A DNA stretch of 64,000 nucleotides from an uncultured Enterobacteriaceae bacterium (GCA_964552535.1 CAZKHE010000002.1:10711-74710); one strand, 5' to 3'. Shown: positions 17,731-26,053, counted from the stretch's first letter. Made by a program: numbers and translations. Notes: a model not told the origin generated them from the sequence alone.

Positions 17731-18737
17731 ATGACTCGTGCCAGACACGTGCCGCCCATGCTGCTCGCCGCTGCGGCCGCGGCAATGACCGCCTTGCCCG
17801 CCTCCGCCCAGGTCGATCCGGCCGCGGCCGTCGACCAGTTCGAAGCCACGTTCGGCAAGTACGAGGGCTATCGCCGCTCCGGCGCCAAGGGCGTCTGCGC
17901 GGTCGGTGAATTCACCGGGAGCGCGGAGGCACGCGCGCTGTCCACCGCGTCGGCGTTCAGCGGGAAACCCGTACCGGTCATCGCGCGTTTCTCGGTCGGC
18001 GGCGCGAACCCCAAGGCGCCCGACAACGCGCGGACCCAGCGCAACATGGCGCTGCAGTTCAACCTGCCCAACGGCGAATCCTGGCAGATGGGCAACATCT
18101 CCGCGCCGGTCTTCGGCGCCGCCACGCCGGAACAGCTGATCGGCCGGCTCAAGTCGCTGCAACCGGATCCGACGACGAAGGCCGCCGATCCGGCCAAGGT
18201 CAAGGCTTTCGCCGATGCCAACCCCGAGGTGCTGGCGCAGGGCCGCTACTTTGCGAGCCAGCCGGTGCCGGCGAGCTTCGCCACGGTGAACTACTGGGGC
18301 GTGCACGCGTTCGGCTTCGTCAACGCCAAGGTGAGAAGCAGTGGGGCAAGTGGGTGTTCGAGCCCGTCGGCGGCACGCAGGGGCTGAGCGACGAGGAGGC
18401 CAAGGCGAAGGGCACGGACTTCCTGATCGGCGACCTTCGCCAGCGCGCGGCGAGCGGGTCGGTGGCGTTCGACTTCATGCTGCAGCTCGCGCAGCCGGGC
18501 GACCGCCTCGACAGCGCGGTGACGCCCCTGCCCGACGACCGCCGGAAGGTGAATCTCGGCCGCCTCGTGATCAAGTCCGTGTCGCCCGACATGACCGGCG
18601 AATGCCTCACCATCACCTACAACCCGATGATCCTGCCGAAGGGCGTGGAGCCCTCGGCCGATCCGATGCTCGCGGCGCGCGCGGCGCCGTATGCCGTAGG
18701 CCTCGGACGGCGGTTGGCCGAAGGCGCGAAGCAGTAG
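17731..18737 (+). pseudogene. Catalase-related (SrpA-like) heme protein split by an apparent 1-nt deletion near 18330
   Basis: ORF 17731..18387 (signal peptide, RRSGAKG, NYWGVHAF) continues in another frame as GEKQWGKWVFEP...ARAAPY (ORF 18354..18737); adding one G at aag|gtgag restores a single frame. Confidence 0.8.
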
Positions 18738-18784
18738 CGACGCCGGGCGGAGCGGATCGGTCACCCGCTCGGCCTTCGCGGCAC

Positions 18785-18892
18785 CGTTCGGTTCCGGCGA
18801 ACGATGAATTGCGCGCAGGACGGTTTTTCTCGCGAGGCCGAGCGGTCACACTGCAAGCCATGGAGTCGCCCAACGCAAAAAAGCGGCTCCGG
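18785..18892 (+). promoter_or_regulatory. LysR-type activated promoter for P2: CGTTC-N9-GAACG dyad plus candidate -10 CACACT
   Basis: Gap-free match to 33413-33520 (constant offset 14628; 56/70 nt identical over the 3' part). Confidence 0.7.
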
Positions 18893-18931
18893 GCAAACCG
18901 ACCGACCCAACTTTCAGTGAAGGAGACCATC

Positions 18932-19255
18932 ATGATCCGCAACATTCTCGCCATCACCGCCGCCGCCTTCGGCATCGCTTCCACCAGCGCCATCGCGGCG
19001 GACGACTGGTATCGCTCCACCGGCGGCGTGTCGCCGAATGCGCAGGAAGACTTCTATGCCCGCGGCACGGGCGGCGTGAGCCCGAACGCGATCGCGGACG
19101 ACTTCTATGCTCGCGGCACGGGCGGCGTGACGCCCAACGCGATCGCCGACGATTTCTACGCGCGGGGCACCGGCGGCGTCGCCCCGCAGGCGGTCAGCGA
19201 CGAGTTCTACGCCCGCGGCACGGGCGGCGTCGCGCCGCAGTCGCACGCCGAGTAA
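18932..19255 (+). CDS. Secreted TGGV-repeat protein P2 (107 aa, 5 repeats)
   Basis: SD AAGGAG; signal SAIA-A; tail of ORF 18341..19255. Confidence 0.9.
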   Translation: MIRNILAITAAAFGIASTSAIAADDWYRSTGGVSPNAQEDFYARGTGGVSPNAIADDFYARGTGGVTPNAIADDFYARGTGGVAPQAVSDEFYARGTGGVAPQSHAE

Positions 19256-19289
19256 CTCGGTTCGCGCAGTCCCCCGCGCGATCAGCGCT

Positions 19290-19338
19290 CGCCGCGAGGC
19301 CCCGGTTCACGGGCGCCTCGCGGCGCTTCGTCTTTGTT
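19290..19338 (+). terminator. Intrinsic terminator after P2
   Basis: cgccgcgaggc/gcctcgcggcg 11-bp stem plus inner cccg/cggg, followed by cttcgtctttgtt. Confidence 0.6.
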
Positions 19339-19495
19339 GCGGGACTGCCCCATCCGCGAAGGGGTTCCGGGCCGGTACTCGGTGCGCTGCCGATTGCGAT
19401 CCTCGCCTGGCGCCGGCCGCGGCAACGCCGGCAACCGGAGCGCATCGAACCGGCGTAGCCTTCCCATCTCGTGCATCGGCAGAAGAGAGGGGTCC

Positions 19496-19942
19496 ATGTC
19501 CACCAACGCCGTTCGGCTGCACCGCGTCCTGCGCGCCCCGCCGGAGCGCGTGTATCGCGCGTTCACGGACCGTGACGCCTGGGCGAAGTGGCTGCCGCCG
19601 CACGGCTTCGTCGCGAAGGTCCACGCGATGGAGCCCAAGGTCGGCGGGACGTACCGGATGTCGTTCACCAACTTCACCACCGGGCACAGCCATTCGTTCG
19701 GCGGCGAGTACCTGGAGCTCGTCCCCGCCGAGAAGCTGCGCTACACCGCGGCATTCGACGATCCCCATCTGCCGGGCACGATGCAGACCACCGTGACGCT
19801 GAAGCCGGTGTCGTGCGGCGTCGAGCTGGACGTGGTGCAGGAGGGCATTCCGGGCGTCATTCCCGCCGAGGCGTGCTATCTCGGCTGGCAGGAGTCGCTG
19901 CAGCTGCTGGCCCAGCTCGTCGAGCCGGAGATCCGGGAATGA
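19496..19942 (+). CDS. SRPBCC (AHSA1-like) family protein
   Basis: LHRVLRAPPERVYRAF, KWLPPHGF, VGGTYRMSF, CYLGWQESL. Confidence 0.9.
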   Translation: MSTNAVRLHRVLRAPPERVYRAFTDRDAWAKWLPPHGFVAKVHAMEPKVGGTYRMSFTNFTTGHSHSFGGEYLELVPAEKLRYTAAFDDPHLPGTMQTTVTLKPVSCGVELDVVQEGIPGVIPAEACYLGWQESLQLLAQLVEPEIRE

Positions 19943-19946
19943 ACCG

Positions 19947-20402
19947 GTGAGCTTCCGCACCTCGCGCGAGATCGCCGCGGACCCGGCAAGCGTCTTCGCG
20001 GCCTTCGCGGACAGCGCGCGCCTGGCCGTGTGGTGGGGACCGGCCGGCTTCAGCAACACCATCGAGGTCTGCGAGTTCGCGCCGGGCGGGACCTGGCGTT
20101 ACGTGATGCACGGGCCGAACGGCAAGGACTATCGCAACGAGAGCGTCTTCCGCGAGATCCGGCCGGGGACGCGCATCGTCATCGAGCACCGGTCGCATCC
20201 GCGGTACCTGCTGACCATCGATCTCGAGCCCGCGGCGAGCGGCGGGACGGTGGTGCGGTGGGAGCAGGCGTTCGAGAGCCCGAAGGTCGAAGCCGGGCTC
20301 GCGGACATCGTCGTGCCGGCGAACGAGCAGAACCTCGATCGGCTGACGGCCGAGGTGCTGCACCCGGCCGGCGGCGAGGGTCGGGCTGAGACCGCTCGCT
20401 GA
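19947..20402 (+). CDS. SRPBCC family protein
   Basis: LAVWWGPAGFSNT, PGGTWRYVMHGPNG, ANEQNLDRL; GTG start. Confidence 0.88.
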   Translation: MSFRTSREIAADPASVFAAFADSARLAVWWGPAGFSNTIEVCEFAPGGTWRYVMHGPNGKDYRNESVFREIRPGTRIVIEHRSHPRYLLTIDLEPAASGGTVVRWEQAFESPKVEAGLADIVVPANEQNLDRLTAEVLHPAGGEGRAETAR

Positions 20403-20914
20403 TGCCGGTTCCCGATTACATCCGCAAGCTCCGGGCGCACGTCGGCACCGATCTGCTGTTCGTGCCCACCGTGGCCGTGATCGCGCGCGACGAGGCCGGC
20501 CGGCTGCTCCTGGTGCGCGACCGCGAGTCGGGCTTCTGGGGGTTTCCGGGCGGGATCGTCGAGCCGCTGGAGGTCCCGGCCGACGCCGCGGTGCGCGTGG
20601 CGTGGGAGGAAGCGGGCGTGCACGTCGAGCTGACGCGCCTCGTCGGGGTGTTCGGCGGCCCCGGGTTCGTCACGACCTATCCCCACGGCGATCGGCTCGC
20701 GTGGGTCGCGACGGTGTTCGCGGCGCGCGTCCTGGACGGCCAGCCCCGGCCCGACGCGGCGGAGACGAGCGACGCACGTTACGTCGCCGAGGATGCGCTG
20801 GGTCGGCTCGCCGTCCGCGATCACGCGCTGCACTTCCTGGCCGCCGAGCGCGACGGCGCGGCGGGCGGGCACTTCGCGCCGGCGAGCTGGCGCCCCGCGC
20901 CGCGCGGCGGCTAG
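20402..20914 (+). CDS. NUDIX hydrolase
   Basis: YIRKLRAHVGTDLL; Nudix box GGIVEPLEVPADAAVRVAWEEAGV. Confidence 0.88.
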   Translation: MPVPDYIRKLRAHVGTDLLFVPTVAVIARDEAGRLLLVRDRESGFWGFPGGIVEPLEVPADAAVRVAWEEAGVHVELTRLVGVFGGPGFVTTYPHGDRLAWVATVFAARVLDGQPRPDAAETSDARYVAEDALGRLAVRDHALHFLAAERDGAAGGHFAPASWRPAPRGG

Positions 20915-21066
20915 TAGAAGCCGCCGAAGAGCGCCGCGAGCGCCGCCAGCGCGATGACGGCGGCGGCAAGCTCGACCGCCCTCTCGGCCCGGGACGGCCG
21001 TTGCGCAGGACCATCGGTGTGCGAGGCCGCCTGATCCGACCCCCACCGTTGCATGTCGATGCCCAT
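20911..21066 (-). CDS. Small single-pass membrane protein (51 aa), not in the ORF track
   Basis: GGAGG SD on the minus strand at 21073-21077; MGIDMQRWGSDQAASHTDGPAQRPSRAERAVELAAAVIALAALAALFGGFY*. Confidence 0.6.
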   Translation of the reverse strand: MGIDMQRWGSDQAASHTDGPAQRPSRAERAVELAAAVIALAALAALFGGFY

Positions 21067-21226
21067 TGCCGTCCTCCGTCGAACCGCAGCCGGGACAGCT
21101 TAGCGCAGGGCCGTTGCCCGGCAATGACAGTGGCATAACCGGCGTGGCGTAGTCCACGTTCGGTCGACCGCCGTGCCGGGCGCCGCGCGCCCCAACCGTT
21201 GGCACGCCGCTTGCGCCGCCCGTGGC

Positions 21227-21610
21227 ATGGGCGACGACATCGGCAAGCTGATCCTGCGCATCACGCTGGGCGGGCTCATGCTGCTCCACGGCATCGCAAA
21301 GGTCATCGGCGGCGTCGCCGGTGTGGAGAAGATGCTCGGCGGGGTCGGACTGCCCGCGGCGCTCGCGCTCGGCGTGTACGTCGGCGAGGTACTCGCGCCG
21401 CTCCTGGTGCTGCTCGGCTTCTACGCGCGCGTCGGCGCCGGGATCATCGTGATCAACATGCTCTTCGCCGTGCTGCTCGCGCATCGCGGCGATCTCTTCT
21501 CGCTCACCCGGACGGGCGGCTGGGCGCTCGAGCTGCAGGCGTTCTTCCTGCTCACCGCGCTGGCGCTCGCCTTCATGGGCCCGGGGCGCTTCGGCATCAA
21601 CCGGCGCTAG
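21227..21610 (+). CDS. DoxX family membrane protein
   Basis: GKLILRITLGGLMLLHG, GEVLAPLLVLLG, GGWALELQ. Confidence 0.9.
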   Translation: MGDDIGKLILRITLGGLMLLHGIAKVIGGVAGVEKMLGGVGLPAALALGVYVGEVLAPLLVLLGFYARVGAGIIVINMLFAVLLAHRGDLFSLTRTGGWALELQAFFLLTALALAFMGPGRFGINRR

Positions 21611-21634
21611 CGCGCCCGCGAAAGGACCGACACG

Positions 21635-21991
21635 ATGAGTCGACTCACGCAGCTTTTCCTCGCCCTGGCGCTCGGCGCCGTGGCGGGGCTCGGCATGGCG
21701 CAGGGTCCCGGGGAGCGAGGCTCGACGCCTCCGGGGCTGAGCCGGGACGGCAGCGCTCCGGCGGATGGCGCGATCAAGGGGGGCTCCATTCAGTCCGACA
21801 TCGGCAACAGCCGCGCGCCGGCGCGCGACGTCGCGCGGTGCCAGCAACTCGCCGACCCGCTGCGCGCGCAATGCCTGCGCGACCTGGACCCCGGCGCGGG
21901 GGGAACGCTGCCGCCGCAAGGTGCGCCGCGCTCGCCGGCGCAACGCGACCCCAGCGAGCCGCCGCCGCAGAACCCGCGCGGGCCGCGGTAG
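21635..21991 (+). CDS. Secreted Pro/Gly-rich hypothetical protein with Cys pair
   Basis: SD AAGGA; signal peptide; RCQQLADPLRAQCLRD. Confidence 0.7.
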   Translation: MSRLTQLFLALALGAVAGLGMAQGPGERGSTPPGLSRDGSAPADGAIKGGSIQSDIGNSRAPARDVARCQQLADPLRAQCLRDLDPGAGGTLPPQGAPRSPAQRDPSEPPPQNPRGPR

Positions 21992-22148
21992 GCCGAGCCC
22001 GGGGAGTCCCGCGAGGGTGCTGCTGGCGCAGGACTTATCGCGCAGTCCGCGCCATGCCACCCTCCCGGACGCGCAGGCCGCGTGCTAGAAGCGGGGGCGT
22101 GCACGGGCGACCCCGGTCCGTGGCGCACCAGGCGGAGAGCGGCTGTCC

Positions 22149-22391
22149 ATGAGCCGGACCGAGGAAGCGATCCTCCGACGATGGTCGGGCGCGACGATCG
22201 CGCTCGCGAGCCTCGCGCTCGGGGGCGCCGCCGTCCTGCCGCTGCTGCTCTACATCGCCTTCGGCCCTGCCGACGGCAATCCGATCGGGCTCGGTCTGCT
22301 GGCCGCCCTGGCCGTCCCCGTAGCCGGTCTTGGCGTGATGATCGGGGTGGTCAAGATGCTGGTCGAGCGCGGCGGTCACCGGGAGCAGTGA
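22149..22391 (+). CDS. Small two-TM hypothetical protein
   Basis: GPADGNPIGLGLL between two hydrophobic helices. Confidence 0.65.
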   Translation: MSRTEEAILRRWSGATIALASLALGGAAVLPLLLYIAFGPADGNPIGLGLLAALAVPVAGLGVMIGVVKMLVERGGHREQ

Positions 22392-22576
22392 GCGTGTTCA
22401 AGGGCCTCGGGTTGCTCGTGCTGCTCTACTGCGCGTACGCGGCGGCCCGGGGCGAGGTCTTCGCGAAATCCGGCGCATCGGGCCGCACCGTGTCCCGCGC
22501 CGAATCGCCCGAGTACTTCTGGGTGGTGGTCACGATCTACGCGGCCTTGGGCGTCGCGCTGCTGACCGTGTTCTGA
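22388..22576 (+). CDS. Small two-TM hypothetical protein (62 aa)
   Basis: GTG overlapping the upstream stop (GTGA); GEVFAKSG...ESPEYFWVVV. Confidence 0.65.
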   Translation: MSVFKGLGLLVLLYCAYAAARGEVFAKSGASGRTVSRAESPEYFWVVVTIYAALGVALLTVF

Positions 22577-22631
22577 CCGGTCGCCCGACCGCCTGGCGTG
22601 CATTCCCGCGCGCGAGGCGCGATGATGCGGC

Positions 22632-23264
22632 ATGGAAGACGCGCGCTTTCATCCCATCCAGTGCCGCTGCGGCCAGTTCCAGGCACGGCTCGCGCGCCCG
22701 GACCTCGCGATGCGCGCGATCTGCTACTGCCGCGACTGCCGGGCCTACGCGCACTTCCTGGGCGCCCCCGAGGGGCTGCTCGACGCCCTGGGCGGGACCG
22801 AGGTGGCGATCGTGCGCCCGCGCCGCGTCGCGTTCGTCGCCGGCGTCGAACAGCTCGCGTGCATGTCGCTGTCGCCCCGCGGGATCTTCCGCTGGTACGC
22901 GCGCTGCTGCCGGACGCCGATCGGCAACACGCCGCGCGACGCCCGCATCCCCTACCTCGGCCTGGTCCACAGTTGCTACGCGCAGGGCGGGCGTCCGCCC
23001 GGCGCCGCAATGGGGCCGGTTCGGATGAAGGTCAATCGCCGCAGCGCGCACGGCGATCCGGGCGGCACGCCGCTGGTGCCGCTCATGCTCGGGGGCGCCC
23101 GGCAGGTTGCATCGATCGCGTGGGACCGCGTGAGCGGCCGGTACCGCGACAACCCCTTCTTCGACGCGGCGACCGGCGCGCCGTGCCGCGAGCCCCAGGT
23201 GATCGAGAAGGCGGCGCGGGACGCGTTGATGACGCGTGATGCGCCGAGGCGAGGTCCGGGCTAG
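22632..23264 (+). CDS. DUF6151 / GFA-like Cys-rich protein
   Basis: CRCG, ICYCRDC, RWYARCCRTPIGNT. Confidence 0.8.
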   Translation: MEDARFHPIQCRCGQFQARLARPDLAMRAICYCRDCRAYAHFLGAPEGLLDALGGTEVAIVRPRRVAFVAGVEQLACMSLSPRGIFRWYARCCRTPIGNTPRDARIPYLGLVHSCYAQGGRPPGAAMGPVRMKVNRRSAHGDPGGTPLVPLMLGGARQVASIAWDRVSGRYRDNPFFDAATGAPCREPQVIEKAARDALMTRDAPRRGPG

Positions 23265-23359
23265 GGCATTTCGAGCCCTGCCTGGGACGGACCGCGGGGA
23301 TGCGGAGTGTACGCCACGACGGCGGCGGCGTATGCCGTTGGAATGCCGGTTCCGGCCGC

Positions 23360-23386
23360 TGTCGATTTCCGGCCGTCCCGTTCGAC
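23360..23386 (+). promoter_or_regulatory. ECF42-type promoter TGTCGA-N16-TCGAC
   Basis: tgtcga tttccggccgtcccgt tcgac, ending 35 nt upstream of a DGPF/YciI gene. Confidence 0.6.
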
Positions 23387-23421
23387 CAAGGGGTGGAATC
23401 CCACTCACCAGGAGACGATCC

Positions 23422-23865
23422 ATGCGCTTCATGATCATTCTGAAAGCCACCCGCAACACCGAAGCCGGCGTGATGCCGAGCACCGAGCTGCTGGAGGCGA
23501 TGGGCAGGTTCAACGAGGAGCTGGTCAAGGCCGGCGTCATGCTGGCCGGCGAGGGCCTGCAGCCGAGCAGCAAGGGCGCGCGCGTGCGCTTCGCGGGCGA
23601 CAAGCGCATCGTCACCGACGGCCCGTTCCCGGAGACCAAGGAACTGGTCGCCGGCTTCTGGCTCTGGCAGGTCAAGTCGAAGGAGGAGGCGATCGGGTGG
23701 GTGAAGCGCTGCCCGCACCCGATGCCCGGCGAGGACACCGAGATCGAGATTCGCCAGGTGTTCGAGCCCGAAGACTTCGGCGCGGAGTTCACGCCGGAGT
23801 TGCGCGAGCAGGAGGATCGGTTGCGGGCGGAGATCGAGGGGAAGCAATCGCCGGCCCGCGGGTGA
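23422..23865 (+). CDS. YciI/DGPF family protein
   Basis: MRFMIILKAT, YciI-type GEGLQPSSKG, VTDGPFPETKELVAGFW; SD AGGAG. Confidence 0.92.
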   Translation: MRFMIILKATRNTEAGVMPSTELLEAMGRFNEELVKAGVMLAGEGLQPSSKGARVRFAGDKRIVTDGPFPETKELVAGFWLWQVKSKEEAIGWVKRCPHPMPGEDTEIEIRQVFEPEDFGAEFTPELREQEDRLRAEIEGKQSPARG

Positions 23866-24037
23866 TGTAAGATCATCCGAGATAACAGTCGTTGCCGCGC
23901 GAGCGCGGGCGCTCGAGCCGGGGAGGCGGAGCGCCTGCAGGCTCAGCGACGGGGAAACGAGACGACGGCAGTGCTCCAGGAGTCGGTCGGCCGTGCGGTG
24001 CCGACCGATCGGATTCGCATCTTTCCTGGGGACACCC

Positions 24038-24586
24038 ATGCGCACCAAGCTTCTCGTCTGTGGGCTCGCCGCCCTCGTGCTCGGCGGCTGCTCGACCTAC
24101 ATGCCGCAGCGCTACAGCATCTCGGCGGACAACAACGTGGCGCTCAAGTCGATCGGCGCGGGCAACATCAACGTCGGGCCGTTCAAGGGTCCGGCCGGCT
24201 TCGACAACAGCTGCCGCGCCGCGGGCCCGATCGCGCCGCCGGACAACATGAGCTTCGAGGCTTACATCCAGAAGGCCCTCGCCGACGAGCTCAAGGTCGC
24301 GGGCATGTTCGACGACAAGCAGCCGAAGGTCACCCTGACCGGAACCGTCGAGCAGCTCGCGTTCTCGTCGTCGCGCGGACTGACGGGCGGGTCCTGGGAC
24401 ATCGGCCTGCGGGTCAACTCGTCGAACGGCAAGTCGACGTTCGTGTCAGAGCATTACGAGTTCAACAGCGGGTTCGTTGCCGATACGGCCTGCAAGCAGA
24501 CCGCCGAGGCCTACCTGCCGGCGGTCCAGAACCTGATCGGCAAGCTGGTCAAGGACCCGGCATTCAAGACGCTCGTGACGCCGTGA
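24038..24586 (+). CDS. Hypothetical lipoprotein
   Basis: MRTKLLVCGLAALVLGG-C lipobox; two further Cys. Confidence 0.8.
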   Translation: MRTKLLVCGLAALVLGGCSTYMPQRYSISADNNVALKSIGAGNINVGPFKGPAGFDNSCRAAGPIAPPDNMSFEAYIQKALADELKVAGMFDDKQPKVTLTGTVEQLAFSSSRGLTGGSWDIGLRVNSSNGKSTFVSEHYEFNSGFVADTACKQTAEAYLPAVQNLIGKLVKDPAFKTLVTP

Positions 24587-24600
24587 GGTGAGCCGCTTAC

Positions 24601-24632
24601 CATCGGGGTCGCCGAGAGGAGCGACCCCGATG
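24601..24632 (+). promoter_or_regulatory. Perfect 12-bp hairpin containing the PaiB start codon, with the SD in the loop
   Basis: catcggggtcgc-cgagagga-gcgaccccgATG. Confidence 0.55.
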
Positions 24633-25271
24633 TACCTGCCCGCGCATTTCGAGGAGACGCGCCTCGAGGAACTGCACCGCGTCATCGCCGAGCATCCGCT
24701 CGGCGCGCTGGTGGTGAACGGACCCGAGGGTCTCGACGCCAACCACCTCCCCTTCCTGCTGGATGCGGCGCCGGCGCCGCACGGCCGGCTGCTCGCGCAC
24801 GTCGCGCGCGCGAACCCGCTGTGGCGCGACTCACGCGACGGAGACGCGGTGCTCGTGATCTTCCGTGCGGTCAGCGCGTACATCTCGCCCAACTGGTACC
24901 CGAGCAAGCACGAGACGCATCGCCAGGTGCCGACCTGGAATTACCAGGCCGTGCACGTGCACGGACGGCTGCGCATCCGCGACGACGAGCGGTTCGTGCG
25001 CGGCGTGGTGGCGCGCCTGACCCGCACGCATGAAGCGCGCGCCGGCGAACCGCGACCCTGGCGCATGACCGACTCCGCACCGGAGTACATCGACCAGATG
25101 GTCGCGAACGTCGTCGGCATCGAAGTCGAGATCGAGCGCCTGGTCGGCAAGTGGAAGCTCAGCCAGAACAAGGACGAGCGCGATCGCGCGGGTGCGGCCG
25201 AGGCGCTGCGCAGCCGCGGCGACGCGCAGACGTCCGACGCCATGCAGGCGGCCCCGCCGAAGCGCTCGTAA
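24630..25271 (+). CDS. FMN-binding negative transcriptional regulator (PaiB family)
   Basis: MYLPAHFEE, HVARANP, YISPNWY, VPTWNYQAVHVHG, GKWKLSQN. Confidence 0.92.
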   Translation: MYLPAHFEETRLEELHRVIAEHPLGALVVNGPEGLDANHLPFLLDAAPAPHGRLLAHVARANPLWRDSRDGDAVLVIFRAVSAYISPNWYPSKHETHRQVPTWNYQAVHVHGRLRIRDDERFVRGVVARLTRTHEARAGEPRPWRMTDSAPEYIDQMVANVVGIEVEIERLVGKWKLSQNKDERDRAGAAEALRSRGDAQTSDAMQAAPPKRS

Positions 25272-25336
25272 CGTCGCGCGAGCTTCGCTTGTCCGCGCCG
25301 CGAATCGTCCGGTGGTGGCGCGGCCCCCGCGCGAGG

Positions 25337-26053
25337 GTGGGACTGCTCCTCTGGCTGCTCTCGCTCCCGGGCGCCGTGGCCGCTGCCGTGCTCGGCCTGC
25401 CCGTCATGCTGAAGGGGCAGCCGCTCCCCGCGCCGATGGAGACGCTCATGCTCGCCGCCGGCCTCCAGTCCGCCCTGCTGCTGGCCGCGGCCGCGTTCGG
25501 CGGCGCGCTGCTGGCGCCGTCTGTCGGCCTGCACAGCCCATTGCTGGAGGCGCTGGCCGGGGAGCCCCGTCCCCAGCGCATCGGTGCGCGCGTGGCCGCG
25601 GGCGCAGTCGGGGGAGTGTTCGGCGCCGGGCTCCTGCTCGCGCTCGCGCAGGTCGCACCCACGGCCCTCGAAGCGGCGCGCAGCGCAGGCGGGATGCCGC
25701 TCCCCGTGCGGCTGCTGTACGGCGGCATCAGCGAGGAGGTGCTCGTCCGTTGGGGATTGATGACCGGCTGCCTCTGGGCGCTGTGGCGCGCCGCGCAGCG
25801 TGGCCAGGGCGCGCCGCGCACCGGGCTCGTCGGCGCGGCGATCGTGGCGAGCGCGCTGCTGTTCGGGGCCGGTCATCTGCCTGCGGCTGCGGCGTGGGCG
25901 CCGAACCTGGATGCGACGGTGGTCGCGTACGTGGTGCTCGGCAACGCCGCGTTCGGCGTGGTGGCGGGCTATCTCTTCTGGAAGCACGGACTGGAGAGCG
26001 CCATGCTCGCGCACCTCGCGGCGCACCTTCTCGCCTACGCCGCCGCCGGTTGA
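25337..26053 (+). CDS. CPBP (Abi/CAAX) intramembrane metalloprotease; start uncertain
   Basis: GGISEEVLVRWG, LFGAGHLP, AMLAHLAAH motifs. Confidence 0.85.
   Translation: MGLLLWLLSLPGAVAAAVLGLPVMLKGQPLPAPMETLMLAAGLQSALLLAAAAFGGALLAPSVGLHSPLLEALAGEPRPQRIGARVAAGAVGGVFGAGLLLALAQVAPTALEAARSAGGMPLPVRLLYGGISEEVLVRWGLMTGCLWALWRAAQRGQGAPRTGLVGAAIVASALLFGAGHLPAAAAWAPNLDATVVAYVVLGNAAFGVVAGYLFWKHGLESAMLAHLAAHLLAYAAAG

Noticed and set aside
18291-18340. Programmed frameshift in the catalase-like gene
   Set aside because: No slippery heptamer or downstream stimulator is evident; a simple indel is more parsimonious
18341-19255. 304-aa ORF as a catalase-P2 fusion
   Set aside because: The N-terminal part is off-frame nonsense; P2 has its own SD, signal peptide and promoter
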